64,000 nt of DNA from the human T2T-CHM13v2.0 reference genome, Homo sapiens, in NCBI RefSeq assembly GCF_009914755.1, contig NC_060947.1. One strand, 5' to 3'. Shown one piece after another: positions 17,361-31,146 of this stretch; within the stretch, counting starts at the first letter, position 1, and every line of letters begins with the position of its first letter. Both the position numbers and the translations under genes were made by a program. The notes under the pieces are model-generated. The model saw nothing but the letters and a program-made list of their open reading frames with translations, was not told the DNA's origin and searched no databases.

Positions 17361-18045
17361 AATTCTCCACTTTCTTTCTTTTTTTTTTTTTTTTGGTACC
17401 TGGAAGATGAAAACCTAGCAGGAGACCTTGAGGCTCTACAAGTTAGCAGTGCTATAAGAAGGAAAAGTCTGGGTCCTGTATCTCTCCATGCAAGATCATC
17501 CACCAAACACACACACAACAATTTCATGAGCCAGTACTAGATTTGTGTCATATTAAGCAACTAAGATTTAGGGGTCGGTAGTTAGGCAGTTAACCTTCCT
17601 GGAATGATACATCCTATTAGTTTAAGGCCTGATTTAGGCCTTAATTGCCTTAATTATCACTCCAAATTCCTTCCTACTGCTCTCTGAACCAGTTCATTTA
17701 TAAAAGATTTTCAAGAATGTGGAACCTTGAGAGGGACAGAAGTCAGACACTATATATATGTCTTTTCTCAGGAGAATATTTGGCCCCTTTGCCAATTTGA
17801 CTGCTATGTCTTTCCTAACAAACTCACTCTTTCTTCAAAACCTGTGGGAGCTTGAATTCATACAACCTCTGAAGCTGAACACATCATCAATTACTTGGCA
17901 GAAGTAAAGGAAATTCTATCTGAAAGATTGTACTTTAAATTCCAAAAATTACTCCACTTAAAGCTCTGTAATATAAGATATTACAGTAACACACACATAT
18001 ACAGAGAAACAAAGTATCATAAATAAATGTCAACAAAAATATTAA

Positions 18046-18395
<350 letters not shown>

Positions 18396-18479
18396 CGTGT
18401 CTAATATTTTTAAATAAATAAAAGTACCAAAAGTATGCCAATGATAAATTACATTAGTTTTCAGCAAATATTTATCTCT

Positions 18480-18780
18480 CACCCCATCTTCTTGAGAGGA
18501 GTGTGTCTATTTATCTCCATCCCATTAATTCTGGACTTGACGATGTGAGTTGCTTTGGCAATACAAAGTGGATTGAAGTGACAGTGTGCCAGTTTCAAAC
18601 CTAGGTCAGGAGGCATTGTGTGTTTACACCCACCCTTTGCGGGCAATTTGTATTTCTGCCATAATGAGAATATGCCCTAGGTAGCTAGGGCCCCTTTAGT
18701 CTGTGTCCCAGAATGAGGCACATGGGAAGAGATGAATTTGACTTGCAACGTGAAGCAGAGCTTCCTCTAGCCACACAAAG
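18480..18780 (+). mobile_element. Old MLT1 LTR fragment
   Basis: GTGAGTTGCTTTGGCAATA..GAAGTGACAGTGTGCCAGTTTCAAACCTAGG MLT1 motif. Confidence 0.6.
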
Positions 18781-20252
18781 GCATCATATTGGCTAGCAAT
18801 TGTATTGTTCACCTCAATGCTCTTTAAATGTGTTATATGCTATACATGCTATTTTATATGTATAATGGGTGATGATGGTTATGATGATGAGGATGATAAA
18901 AGCAAATATCCTCATTTTTGTTAACGGCTAAATTATCTATATGCCTTCCTTAGGGCATAGAATGGGAAACATTTTAGGATGATTGTCTTAAGAAATTAGT
19001 CTATCAGTGTCAAAAGCTGTGTAATCAAAAAGGGTGAGAGAAATCCTTTATTTCTGTGTGTTAGTGTCCAAGGAAAGGATGAAAGTTACTATGATTATAT
19101 CAGCACAAGCTCTGAATTTAGGAGTGAAAATCCCCTATTCCTTAGATAGGACTATTTTAGCTAGTATGATTTTGGAGTGTACAGTTGAAAATCAATGTAA
19201 ATAAAGAGATTTGTGGCACTCCTGCATTAGTGTTCTGAGAATGAAAAAGTAAGTATACTTCCAATGCTTGCTTAAGATAAATAGAATTTGTGTAAACATG
19301 TGTATTCCTAAGTATAGGTTAGTGTATATCTGGACTTTTGTTGTCTCTGAGCTAAGCTACTGTAATATAGCTGAAAATGCTTACTATTTCCTCCCTTAAA
19401 CAGTTTCAGCTGAGTCTGGTTAGAAACTGCAGAATCAGGGCTACAGTCTAAAAAAAGAATTCTTCTGGAACACTTTCAGTAAAAGGAGGACATTTGATGA
19501 CCCAATTTTTGCCTACACTGCATTTCTGAGTAGTGGCTTTTCCCTGAAAGTGAAAGGCAGCCAAACTCTAATTGCACTGTGCCATTCACACTGGAGGCCA
19601 TTGAGTGGCTGGTTCTTATTTCTTCCTATGCCAGTCCTGTGACTCTAATCTTAAAAAGTTTGTCTTCCTCTATTCTAAAAACCGATTTTCTTAACTCAAT
19701 AAAGAGATAATCATGATTCTAAGACTGATTTGGAATATCTAGGAAATAAATGACAAAAGTGGATTTATTCTATAAGATTCTGACCACACAATGCATGTCG
19801 TATATTTAATTCTGTACTTGGCATCAATATGTTTACAGATACTTAACTTTGCAGTAACAAAACTTAATGAAGACTGTGTGATAATAACTAATGTATAGGA
19901 TAATTCTCAAATCAGTAGGAAAGACTATTATTGACTCCCATTGATTAACACATGGTGTGGCCTTGGAGACATAATTATTTGTTATATATATGTATGCTTT
20001 AGCACCAATTCGAATATAATTATAAACATAGATCAATATATTTTTTCACTGACATTTCAAATCGTATCTGTAGTACTAGTTTACATCAGCTCTCACTGAT
20101 TTTGAAATAGAAACTAATTTGGAAATATTTGCCTTTCTTACACTAAGTAGGTTTGAAGAGACTAACAAATATTAAACAGGGTAAGTAGGGTAAAGAAAGG
20201 GTCTGAGATCAAGTAGTAGAAGTTAACACAAAAGATAAGAAGTCAATCACAT

Positions 20253-20605
20253 GGGCAGGTCCCGATATTGTGGAATTTGAAGTTTATACAATTTGAGTGT
20301 GTCCCTTTAAGGAAAATAATACAAGATTATGAAAATATAGGAAATTGAATATATATTTAAAATAAGAAAATAAATAACAACACTTTTGCATACTCTTGGA
20401 AATCCAGATTCCTTTCTCCCAGAAACTTCAGGAAATTTGCCAACGATGCTTATAAGACAGGTTTCATTTTGGCAAATTTACTTCGTCTCTCTACCTAGAA
20501 CACTCTACAACTCCCAGAAAATTCCAATGTACTCAAGGGTCCATGCAATTGAAGGGTGCTGATGATGCTGAAGCATAATTTACTTCCTTGGGAATCCACC
20601 TCTGG
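20253..20605. mobile_element. hAT-type MITE (MER53-like)
   Basis: GAAGTTTATACAATTTG..CCCTTTAAGGAAAATAATACAA; end GAATCCACCTCTG. Confidence 0.45.
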
Positions 20606-21918
20606 TCAGTAGAATGTCTAAATGCATTTTGTTTCCCAAATGTTGCCTCTTAGGGATATGAGAAAAAAGTTACATTGCATCGTTTTGTAACAGTTGCTCT
20701 ATAACTAAAACTGACAGTATCTGTATTGTGTCTATATTCAATTCTAACTTAAAAGACACATAACCCGTAAACTTATTACAGTGCCAAGCAATAAAAAGCA
20801 AAATTCATTTACACTTATTTGTCTCAAAAATTCTTGTCAAGAAAGCTTGGTTATTAAAAATTTCAAAAGGATTTGATGACCACTCTGACTCTTTCATAGT
20901 AATCATCATAGACCTCGAGACTGTCTGTCACATATTTTCACTGTTATTATGAGCTGTGTGTGTGTGTGTGTGTGTGTGCATTTGCATAAGTGTGTACAAC
21001 TCCTGCCAAGGACTCTGATTTTTATACCCTTAAGATTATCACAAATTATGTGTTAGTGTTTTCACAATCTCAGAAATGTGGTATATTTGGTAATAATAAG
21101 GACAGCAGACAGTGACACTGTGGTAATTGAATGCCAACTCGTATTCTTTAGTTGTATTTACTTATTTGATGTTTACAATGAACCCATGAGGAAAATTTTA
21201 TTATTATACTCATATATATTGCATTAGGCCGTTCTTGCATTGCTACGAAGAAATACCTGAGACTGGGTAATTTACTTTAAAAAGAAAAGTTTAATTGGCT
21301 CATGGTTCTGCAGGCTGTACAGGAAACATAGCAACATAGCAGCATCTACTTTTGGGGAGGTCCCAGGAAACTTCCAATCATGGCAGAAAGCTAAGAGGAA
21401 GCAGGCATGTCACCTGGTGAAAGTAGAAGCAAGAGAGCAATGGGAGACCTGCTACACACTTTTAAACAACCAGATCTCATGAGAACTTACTCATTATCAT
21501 GAGGATAGTACCAAGTGGATAGTGCTAAACCATTCATGAGAAATCCGCCCTCATGATCCAATCACCTCCCACCAGACCCCACCTCCAACACTGAATATTA
21601 CATTTCAATATGAGATTTGGGCGGTGACACACATCCAAACTATATCATTACACTGCTGTAACCTCCAAAATCTCATGTCCTTCTCACATTTTAAAATACT
21701 ATTATGCCTTCACAAGAATCTCCCAAAGCTTTAAATTATTCCAATGTTAACTCAAAAGTCCACAGTTTGAAGTCTCATTTGAGACAAGGCAAGACATTTC
21801 TACCTACGAGTCTGTAAAATCAAAAATAAGTTAGTTACTTCCAAGGTACAATGAAGGTACAAGCATTGGATAAACACTCTCATTCCAAAAGGAAGAAATC
21901 GCACAAAAGAAAGGGGCT

Positions 21919-22267
21919 TGTATTAGTCTGTTCTCACACTGCTAATAAAGACATACCAGAGACTGGGTAATTTGTAAAGGAAAGAGCACTCACAATTTCA
22001 CATGGCTGGGGAGGCCTCACAATCATGGCAGAAGACAAAGGAAGAGCAAAGGGACATCTTACATGGTGGTGGGCAAAGAGAGCTTGTGCAGGGGAACTCC
22101 TATTTATAAAAACATCAGATCTCGTGAGACTTATTCACTACCAGGAGAATAGTATGAGGGAAACCACCCCTATGATTCAATTATCTCCACCTAGCCCCAC
22201 CTTGGACCTATGGGGATTATTACAATTCAAGGTGAGAGTTGGGTGGGTACACAGCCAAACCAAATCA
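21919..22267 (-). mobile_element. Solo THE1 (B/C) LTR nested in MST-int
   Basis: TGTATTAGTCTGTTCTCACACTGCTAATAAAGACATACC...CCAAACCAAATCA; GGCT repeated on both sides. Confidence 0.9.
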
Positions 22268-22316
22268 GGCTACAGGCCTCAGGCAAGTACTAAACCTAAC
22301 AGGGTAGTCATTAAAT

Positions 22317-22603
22317 TTTTTTTTTTAATTTTTTTTAGACGGAGAGTCACTCTTGTTGCTCAGGCAATGGCATGATCTCAGCTCAACACAACCTCCACCT
22401 TTGGGGTTCAAGCAATTCTCCTTCCTCATCCTCTCTGGGATTATAGGCATGTGCCACCACGCCAGCTACTTTTGTATTTTTTAAGTAGAGACAGGGTTTC
22501 TTCATGTTGGTCAGGCTGGTCTCAAACTCCCAACCTCAGGTGATCTGCCTGCCTTGACCTCCCAAAGTACTGGGATTACAAGCATGAACCACTGTGCCTG
22601 GCT
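22317..22603 (-). mobile_element. AluS with small internal deletions, nested in MST-int
   Basis: Antisense Alu; TSD GTCATTAAAT at 22307-22316 and 22604-22613. Confidence 0.92.
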
Positions 22604-22727
22604 GTCATTAAATCTTAAAGCTCCAAAATAATCTCCTTTGACTCCATATCTCACATCCAGGGCACATTGATGCAATGGGTGGACTCTGAAGGCCTTGGAC
22701 AGCTCTGCCCTTGTGGCTTTACAGGGT

Positions 22728-23516
22728 TCAGTTCCAGATGCTGTACTCAGGTTGTTGAGTGCCTGTGGCTTTTCTAAGTTGAAAATACAGGCTGTTGGTA
22801 GGTCTACCATTCTGGGGTCTGGAGGATAGTGGACCTCTTTTCACATCTCCACTAGGCAGTGCCCCTGTGGAGACTTTGTGCAGGGGTTTTGACCCCATGA
22901 TTCCTCTCTGTACTGTCCTAGTATAGGTTCTTTGTGAGGGTTCTTCCCCTGCAGAAGGCTTCTGTCTGGACACCCAGGATTTTTCATACATCCTCTGAAA
23001 TCTATGAGGAAGCTCCCAAGCCTCATTCACTCTTGCACTCTGTGCACATGCAGGCATAACACCACATGGAAGCCACCAAAGATTATGGCTTGCAATCTCT
23101 GAAGATCCTGCCCAAGCAGTGCCTGGATTCCTTGGTGATACAGCTGGAACTGGAGTGGGTAGGATGCAGAGAACCATGTCCCAAGGCTGCACAGGGCAGT
23201 GGGGACCTGGGCCTGACAAACAAAACAATTCTGTTCCCCTAGGCCTCTGGACCTGTGATGGGAGGAGCTGCCTCTTATGTCTCTGATACATATTCAAGGG
23301 CTTTTCCCCATTGTGTTGGCTATTAGCACTTTCCTCCATTTTAGTTATGCAAATTTCTCTAGCAAGTGGTTGCTCAGTGGTCCACTTGAATTCTTTTTCT
23401 GAAAATGGGCTTTTCTTTTCTACCACACAGCCAGGGTGCAAATATTCCAAACTTTTATGCTCTGCTTCCCCTTTAAATATAATTTCCAGCTTTAAGTCAT
23501 TTATTTGCACCGACAT
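22728..23516 (-). pseudogene. MaLR internal ORF remnant (262 aa open)
   Basis: LKLEIIFKGEAEHKSLE..VVEKKSPFS and WELPHRFQRMY motifs typical of the THE1/MST internal ORF. Confidence 0.7.
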
Positions 23517-24140
23517 CTGAACATAGGCTGTCAGAGGCAGCCAGATTACATCTTGAACATTTTGCTGTTTAGAACTTTCTTATGCCAGATTCCCTAAATT
23601 ATGATTCTCAAGTTCAAAGTTTTTAGTTCCCCAAAGCATGGGTACAATGTAGCTAAGTTCTTTGCTAATGAATAACATGTGTGACCTTTGCTCTAGTTCC
23701 CAATAAGTTGCTCATTTCCATCTGAGACCTCCTCAGTCTGGACTTCATTGTCCATATCAGTATCAGCATTTTGATCACAACCATTTAACTAATCTCTAAG
23801 AAACTCCAAACTTTCTTTCATCCTACTGTCTTTTACTGAGCTCTCTAAATTATTTCAGCCTATGCTGTTACCCAGTTCCACATTTTCAGGTATCTTTATA
23901 ATGATGTCACACTCCTGGTACTAATTTTCTATATTAGGTCATTCCTGCACTGCTATGAAAAAATACCTGAGACTGGGTAACTTATATTTTTTAAAGTTTT
24001 AATTGGCTCATGGTTTTCTGGGCTCTATGGGAAGAGTAGCGGCATCTGCTTCTGGGGAGGCCTCAGGAGGCTTTCAACCATGGCAAAAGGAAAGGGGGAG
24101 TAGACATGTCACATGAAAAAATCAGGAGCAAGAAAGTGAG

Positions 24141-26790
24141 GAGACACTTCCAAACTTATTCTACAAGGCCAGTATTACACTGATACCAAAACTGGACACA
24201 CAAAAATAAAAGAAAAGAAAGGAAAAGAAAAGAAAGAAAAAGAAAAGAAAACTAGAAGCCAATAACACATAGAAATATTTATGCAAAAATACTCAACAAA
24301 ATACTGGCACACCAAATTCAACAATACATTGGAAAGATCATTCATCATGACCAAGTAGGATGTATCCCAGAGCATTTGATAAAATTCAATATCGCTGCAT
24401 GATAAGAACCTTCAAAAAATGGGGATAGAAGGAACACACCTCAATATAATAAAAGCCATATACATCAGACCCACAGATAGTATCATACAGAATAGAGAAA
24501 AACCGAAAGCCTTTCCTCTAATATCTGGAACACAACAAGGATGCCCACTGTTACCACTGTTATTCAACATAGTACCTGAAGTCCTAGCTAGAGCAGTCAG
24601 ACAAGAGAAGGATATACAGGGCATCCAAACTGGAAAGGAAGAAGTCAAATTATCCTTGTTTACAGATGATACAAAGCTATATTTGAAAAAAAAACTAAAG
24701 ACTCCACAAGAATATTATAAGAACTGATAAACAAACATAGTAAAGTTGCAGGATACACAATCAACATACAAACATCATTAGCATTTCTAAATGCCATCAG
24801 TGAACAATATAAGAAATAAATTTAAAAAGTCACATCATTTACAGTAGTCAGACATAAAATTAAATAACTAGGAATTTTAAAAAAAGAACTGAATGATCTG
24901 TATAATAAAAACTATAAAGCACTGCTGAAAGAAATTGAAGAGGACACCATGAAATGGAAAAATATTCCATGTGCATGGATTGAAAGAATCAATATTATTA
25001 AAATGCCCATACTATCCAAAGCAATCTACAGATTCAATGCAATATCTATCAAAATACCAATGACATTCTCCACAGAAATAGAAAACAGAATCTTAAAATT
25101 TATATGGAACCGGAAAAGACACAGACTAGTCAAAGGAAAGTATACTTAGTACACAAAGTATACAAACTATACAAAGCTTATGCTAAGCAAAAATAATGAA
25201 ACTGGAGGAATTACATTAACTAACTTCAAATTATACTATAGAGATATAGTAACCAAAACAGCATGGTACTGGCATAATACAGAGACATAGATCAATGGAG
25301 CAGAATAGAAAATCCAGAAACAAATCCACACACCTTCAGTGAACTCATTTTTGACAAACCTACTATGGACATGCACCGGGGAACATACAGTCTCTTCAAT
25401 AAATGGTGCTGGGAAAACTGGGTATCTATATGCAGAAGAATGAAACTAGGCCTCTATCTCTCACCATGTACAAAATTCAAATCAAAATGTATTAAAGACT
25501 TAAATCTATGACCTCAAACTATGAAACAACTATGAGAAAACATCAGGGAAATCTCCAGAACATTGGTCTGGGAAAAAAAATTCTTGAGCAATATCCCAGA
25601 AGCACAGGCAACCAAAACAAATATGGACAAATGGAATCACATCAAGCTAAAAAACTTCTGCAAAGCAAAGGATACAATCAAGAAAGTGAAGAGATAACCC
25701 ACAGAATGAGAGAAAATATTTGCAAACTACACATCTGACAAGGGATTAATAACCAGAATATATTAGGAGCTTAAACAACTCTACAGGAATAAAATGTAAT
25801 AACCTAATAAAAATGGGCAAAAAATTTGAATAGACATTTGTCAAAAGAAGACATATAAATGGCAAACAGACATACAAAAAAGTGCTCAAAAATTGATCAT
25901 CAAAGAAATGCAAATCAAACCTACAATGAGATATCATCTCACTGCAGTCAAAATGGCTTATACCCAAAAGGTAGGCAATTACAATTGCTAGCAAAGATGT
26001 GAAGAAAAGGATACCTTTGTACACTGTTGGTGGGAATATAAATTAGTACAGTCTCTGCAGTGAACAGTTTGGAGGTTCCTCAAAAAAGTAGAAATTGATT
26101 TTACATATGATTCAGCAATCTCACTGCTGGGTATGTACCCCAAAGAAAGGAAGTCATTATATCAAAGAGTTATCTATGTTTTTTGCAGCCCTGTTTACAA
26201 TAGCTATGATTTGGAAGCAATCTAAATGTCCACCAAGAGGTGGATGGATAAAAAAAAGTGGCAAATATACACAATGGAGTACTACTTAGCGATAACTAAA
26301 GAATGAGATCCAGTCATTTTCAGCAACATAAATGGGACTGGCAATCATTGCATTAAGTAAAATAAGCCAGGCACAGAAAGACAAATATCCCACGTTCTCA
26401 CTCATTTGTGGTATCTAATAATCAAGACAGTTGAACTCATTGACATAGAGAGTAAAAGGATGGTTACCAGAGGATGGTAAGGGTAGTGAGGAGTTGTGTA
26501 GTGAAGTGTGAATGGTTAATGGGTCCAAAAATAATTTTAAATAATGAATAATATCTACTATTTGATAGCACAACAGAGTGACTATGGTGAATAAAAACTT
26601 AACTGTACATTTTAAAATAACTTAGAGTATAATTGAATTGTTTGAAACGCAAAGGATAAATGCTTGAGGGAAAGAATACCTCATTCTCCATGATGTGCTT
26701 ATTTCACATTGCATGCCTATATCAAAACATCTCATATACCCCATAAATATATATACCTACTATGTACCCATGAAAATTAAACATTAAAAT
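24141..26790 (+). mobile_element. L1MA2-like 3' portion (decayed ORF2 + 3'UTR)
   Basis: RT peptide [21 protein letters not shown] in ORF 24419-24727; L1MA1/2-type 3'UTR ending TATGTACCCATGAAAATTAAA. Confidence 0.9.
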
Positions 26791-27610
26791 TTACCAGAAA
26801 TTTGTATTCAAGAGTAGTTATCAGAGTATTTTCCATGAATCTCCTTGAAGAAAAAGCAATTTTGGACTCCAGTTGAATGCAAATACTTTTACATTATAAT
26901 TAATGTAAAACAATAACTGTCTATGGAGGACAATGTCCTTAAAATGGCCACAGTAAAAATATAATGTGAATTCATTATAATAATGATGTAAAGGAAAAGA
27001 AAATTTCCTTAGTTTTGTGGCATAAAACATTTTAACATAATAACCAAAAGTATCATTTTTTAAACTGATAGATTTCTAGGAATTATTAAATATCATTTAA
27101 TCACTATTATAATGATTATACATTATTTAATTATATTGATACATTAGATTTCTAGGAATCTTATGAAATTTGGGGGAAACTCATATCAATAATATAGTCA
27201 TAAATATAACTTAAGTTTTAGCATTTCTTATTTGACAATGCTTCTCATCGAAAAACCAGGATCCAATAGATACAACAGAGAGAATAGGGAGAATAGAAAA
27301 GCCCCACAGAAAGCCAGGAAGAAGGACCAGTGAGTCAGGGAATAATCCCCACTCAGGAAAAGAGCCAGAAAGAAGAGACTACCAGTCCAAAGAGTCAGGG
27401 AATAATGTCAACACAGAACAAGGGCCCAGGTAGAAAACCTTCCAGCCCAGGACATGTTTTTCCACGGAATCCTAGGACTCTAACCAAGTTTCAGAGAGCG
27501 CACACTTACCTTAAGAATCAAAATGTGACTTTGCCAGCTTCAACTGGCATTGTTCTGGAACAGTGGTTCAGAAGACTGTCTCACCAATTGATCTCCAATC
27601 AATCAGAAGT
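26791..27610 (-). mobile_element. ERV1 internal fragments (MER31/MER4-group-like)
   Basis: Recalled similarity (CATTAGATTTCTAGGAATC, ATTTGACAATGCTTC, leader-like repeats GAGTCAGGGAATAAT x2). Confidence 0.5.
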
Positions 27611-28913
27611 GTGTGTGGCACCAACCACCGAAGCGGGCAGCACTTATGCCCAGGAGTGGATGTGGAGAGGGAGTTATCTCCTGCATTCCCATACACTGTT
27701 GCAGGTACAGCAGTGGTTCTTCCCACTGGGGGACAGACAACTAGTGTAACTAAAAAAAAAGTGTTTTTCATGCCACTTGCAGTGACTCCACCTCAACCGA
27801 ATGTGAATGTGTGCCCACTCAGGCTTTCATGAAGGGTGAGGCCCAGCTCCCCATCCCTACACAAAATGACAGTGCCCCAGCAACAGGGGACATACCACAG
27901 AGTTGCCTGCCCTGGCCTGGGAAAAAATGGCTGCGCTCCAAGCCCTATTTTAGTGGTAGCCATCAGAAAAGCTTACCAGTAGCCCACAGCCTCACTGAGG
28001 CTGGGAAGCAAATGATGAAGTCTTTATAAACTGAAGGTCATGAGCCCTGAAACAGGGGCACAGTAAGGAAGTGGATAATATTCCTGCTGGTTCAGAATGA
28101 GGAGCCAGTGCACCTCTTCCCAAGACGTCAGTGCAGCTCATCACAATCTCTTCCTGCAACCCACATCAGGGCAGGTGCGTCCACTAATCACCAGCCTACC
28201 TGTGGGCTATTATCTTTAATCAACATATACTTGACTGCAGCCTGAAAAGCACCACCAAATAAAAAACCTTCAACCTGAAGGGCTTAATGCTAGTCCACAA
28301 TATAAAACTCCTGAGTCTTCCACACCGTCAACCCTTCCAGAGATAGCGTGTTGGCCCTTATGTTCAATACACTGCTACAGCAAGCAGCAGAAAGCCATCA
28401 CACAAAAGGTATCCACAACTAGGGAACTCATACAAAGCATTGGACCATGGAAAGCACCCTGAAATTGCGCTAAACAATCATAAACAACATACACCTAGTC
28501 ATATTTTTAAGGGAAAAAGAATAAAATAATTTTAAAAGCCCCATCTGAATGATAGCAAATATAGAAATAACAAGCAACAGTTTCTTCAAGTGAGAAGGAA
28601 TCAATGCTGAAATTCAGCAGTACAAAAAGTCAGTGATTCATACTGTTAAAGGTTCACGTTAGCTCTCTAGCAAAGAATCTTAACTAGATTGAAATGTCTG
28701 ATATGACAGACTACAATTCAAAATATGGATTGCAAGGAAACTCAATAAGATGCAAAATAAATTTTTAAATTAGATATAAAGAAAAGAAAAATGATCCAGG
28801 ATATGAACAACAAGATAACTACATTAAGGAAAAACCAAATAGAATTTTTGGAATTGTAAAAATTTTACCACAGAAATTTTAAAATACAGTTGGAAGTTTT
28901 AACAACAGACTAG

Positions 28914-29261
<348 letters not shown>

Positions 29262-30882
29262 TGAATAGAATTTTTAAAAAAATAAACTGAATCTTATTGA
29301 AACATGTGGTTGTGTAAAGCAACTGAATCAATGATTTATTGGCATCCCTGAGAAGGAAAAAAAAAAAGTAAGAAAATTGGAAAACACATTTAAATTAATA
29401 ATTCAGGAAAAATTCCCAAATCTTGCAAGAGGGATTGTCATACAGACACAAGAAGTTCAGAGAACTCTTACAAAATACTATACAAGACAACCATCCCCAA
29501 GACATATAGTCATCTGATTATCCAAGGTCAAAGCAAATGAAAACAATCTTAAAGGTGGCCAGAGAAAAGGGCCAAATTAACTATAAAGGGAATCTCATGA
29601 GAGTAGCAACAAACTTCCCAGAAGAAAACTTATAAGCAGGAAGAGATGGGGGTCTATTTTTGCCATCTTAAAAAAAATCCAGCCAATAATTTTATATAGA
29701 GCCAAACTTAGTTTCATAAAGAAAGGAAAAAAAAATCTAGCCCAGATAAGCAAACACTAAAGGATTTCATCACAAACAGACCAGACTACAAAAAAAATAG
29801 TCAAAGAAGTTCTAAATATGGGAACAAACAAAAACAACAACAAAAGGTACTTACTACCATAAAAGCACATGCAAGTACAAACCTCACAGACCTTATAAAG
29901 CAATTATGCAATTGAGACTACAAATAAACTAGCTAACAACACTATGACAGTAACAAAACCTCACATATCAATATTAACTTTGAATGTAAATGACTTAAAT
30001 CCTCCATTTAATAGAAATAGAGTGACAAATTAGATTTTTTTAAAAAGGACCCAACCTTCTGCTGCCATCAAGAGACCCATGTCACATGACACCATTGCTT
30101 ACAAGAGACAATCTCTTGTGAGATACATGGTGTAATGATGCCCACAGGTTCAAAGTAAAGGGATGGAAAAAGATCTGTCATGCAAATATAAAACAGAAAA
30201 GAGCAGAAGTTGCTATTCTTGTATCAGACAGAAGTGATTTTAAACCAACAACAGTAAAAAAAAATGACAAAGAGGGCATTATACAGTGATAAATGGGTGA
30301 ATTCAAGAATAAGAATTAACTGTACTAAATATATATGCATGCAACATTGGAGCACCAAGATTTATAAAACAAATATTACTAGACCTAGGAAAAAAGAGAC
30401 ACATGGACATGCATTAATAGTGGGGGAATTTAACACTCCACTGACAACATTAGAGATATCATTGTGGCAGAAAGCTAACAAAAATCTCTGGACTTAAGTT
30501 TGTCTCTTGACAAAATGGATGTAATAATTATTCCATCCAACAACCACAGAATATGTGTTCTTTGCATCCTAGCATGGAACATATTGTAAGACTGACTTCA
30601 TGTTTGGTCATAAAACAAGTCTCAATAAATTAAAAAAAAATCATATCAAGCATTTTTTCAGACCGTAGTTGAAAAAATTAGAAAACAATACAAAGAGTAA
30701 ATCAATATTAGATATCAATACAAAGGTCTCAAACTCACACAAATACACACAAACTAACCAACTTGATTCTGAATAACTTTTGGATAAACAACAACATGAA
30801 GGCAAAAATCCAAAAATTATTTGAAATAAATGAAAATAGAGATACAATACACCAAAACATCTGTGATACAGCAAAAGCACTG

Positions 30883-31146
30883 TTTTTTTTTCTCTTTTTC
30901 TTTTTTTATTTGAGATGGAGTCTCAGTCTGCCACCCAGGAGTGCAGTGGCACGATCTCAGCTCACTGAAACCTCAACCTCCTGGTTTCAAGTGATTCTCC
31001 TGCCTCAGCCTCCTGAGTAGCTGGAGTTACAGGCATGTGCCACCATGCCCAACTAATTTTTGTATTTTTAGTAGAGGCGAAGTTTCGTGATGTTGGCTAG
31101 GCTGTTCGTGAACTCCTGACCTCAGGTGATCTGCCCACCTTGGCCT
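30883..31146 (-). mobile_element. AluS, 5'-truncated
   Basis: Antisense Alu; TSD AAAA(G/T)CACTGTT. Confidence 0.92.

Larger units (their letters stand above)
21219..24140 (-). mobile_element. MSTA MaLR provirus: LTR 21219-21647, internal region, truncated second LTR 23930-24140
   Basis: Two related LTR copies (ATTAGG.C.TTC.TGCA.TGCTA.GAA.AAATACCTGAGACTGGGTAA) flank MaLR internal sequence with ORF remnant 22728-23516. Confidence 0.88.
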
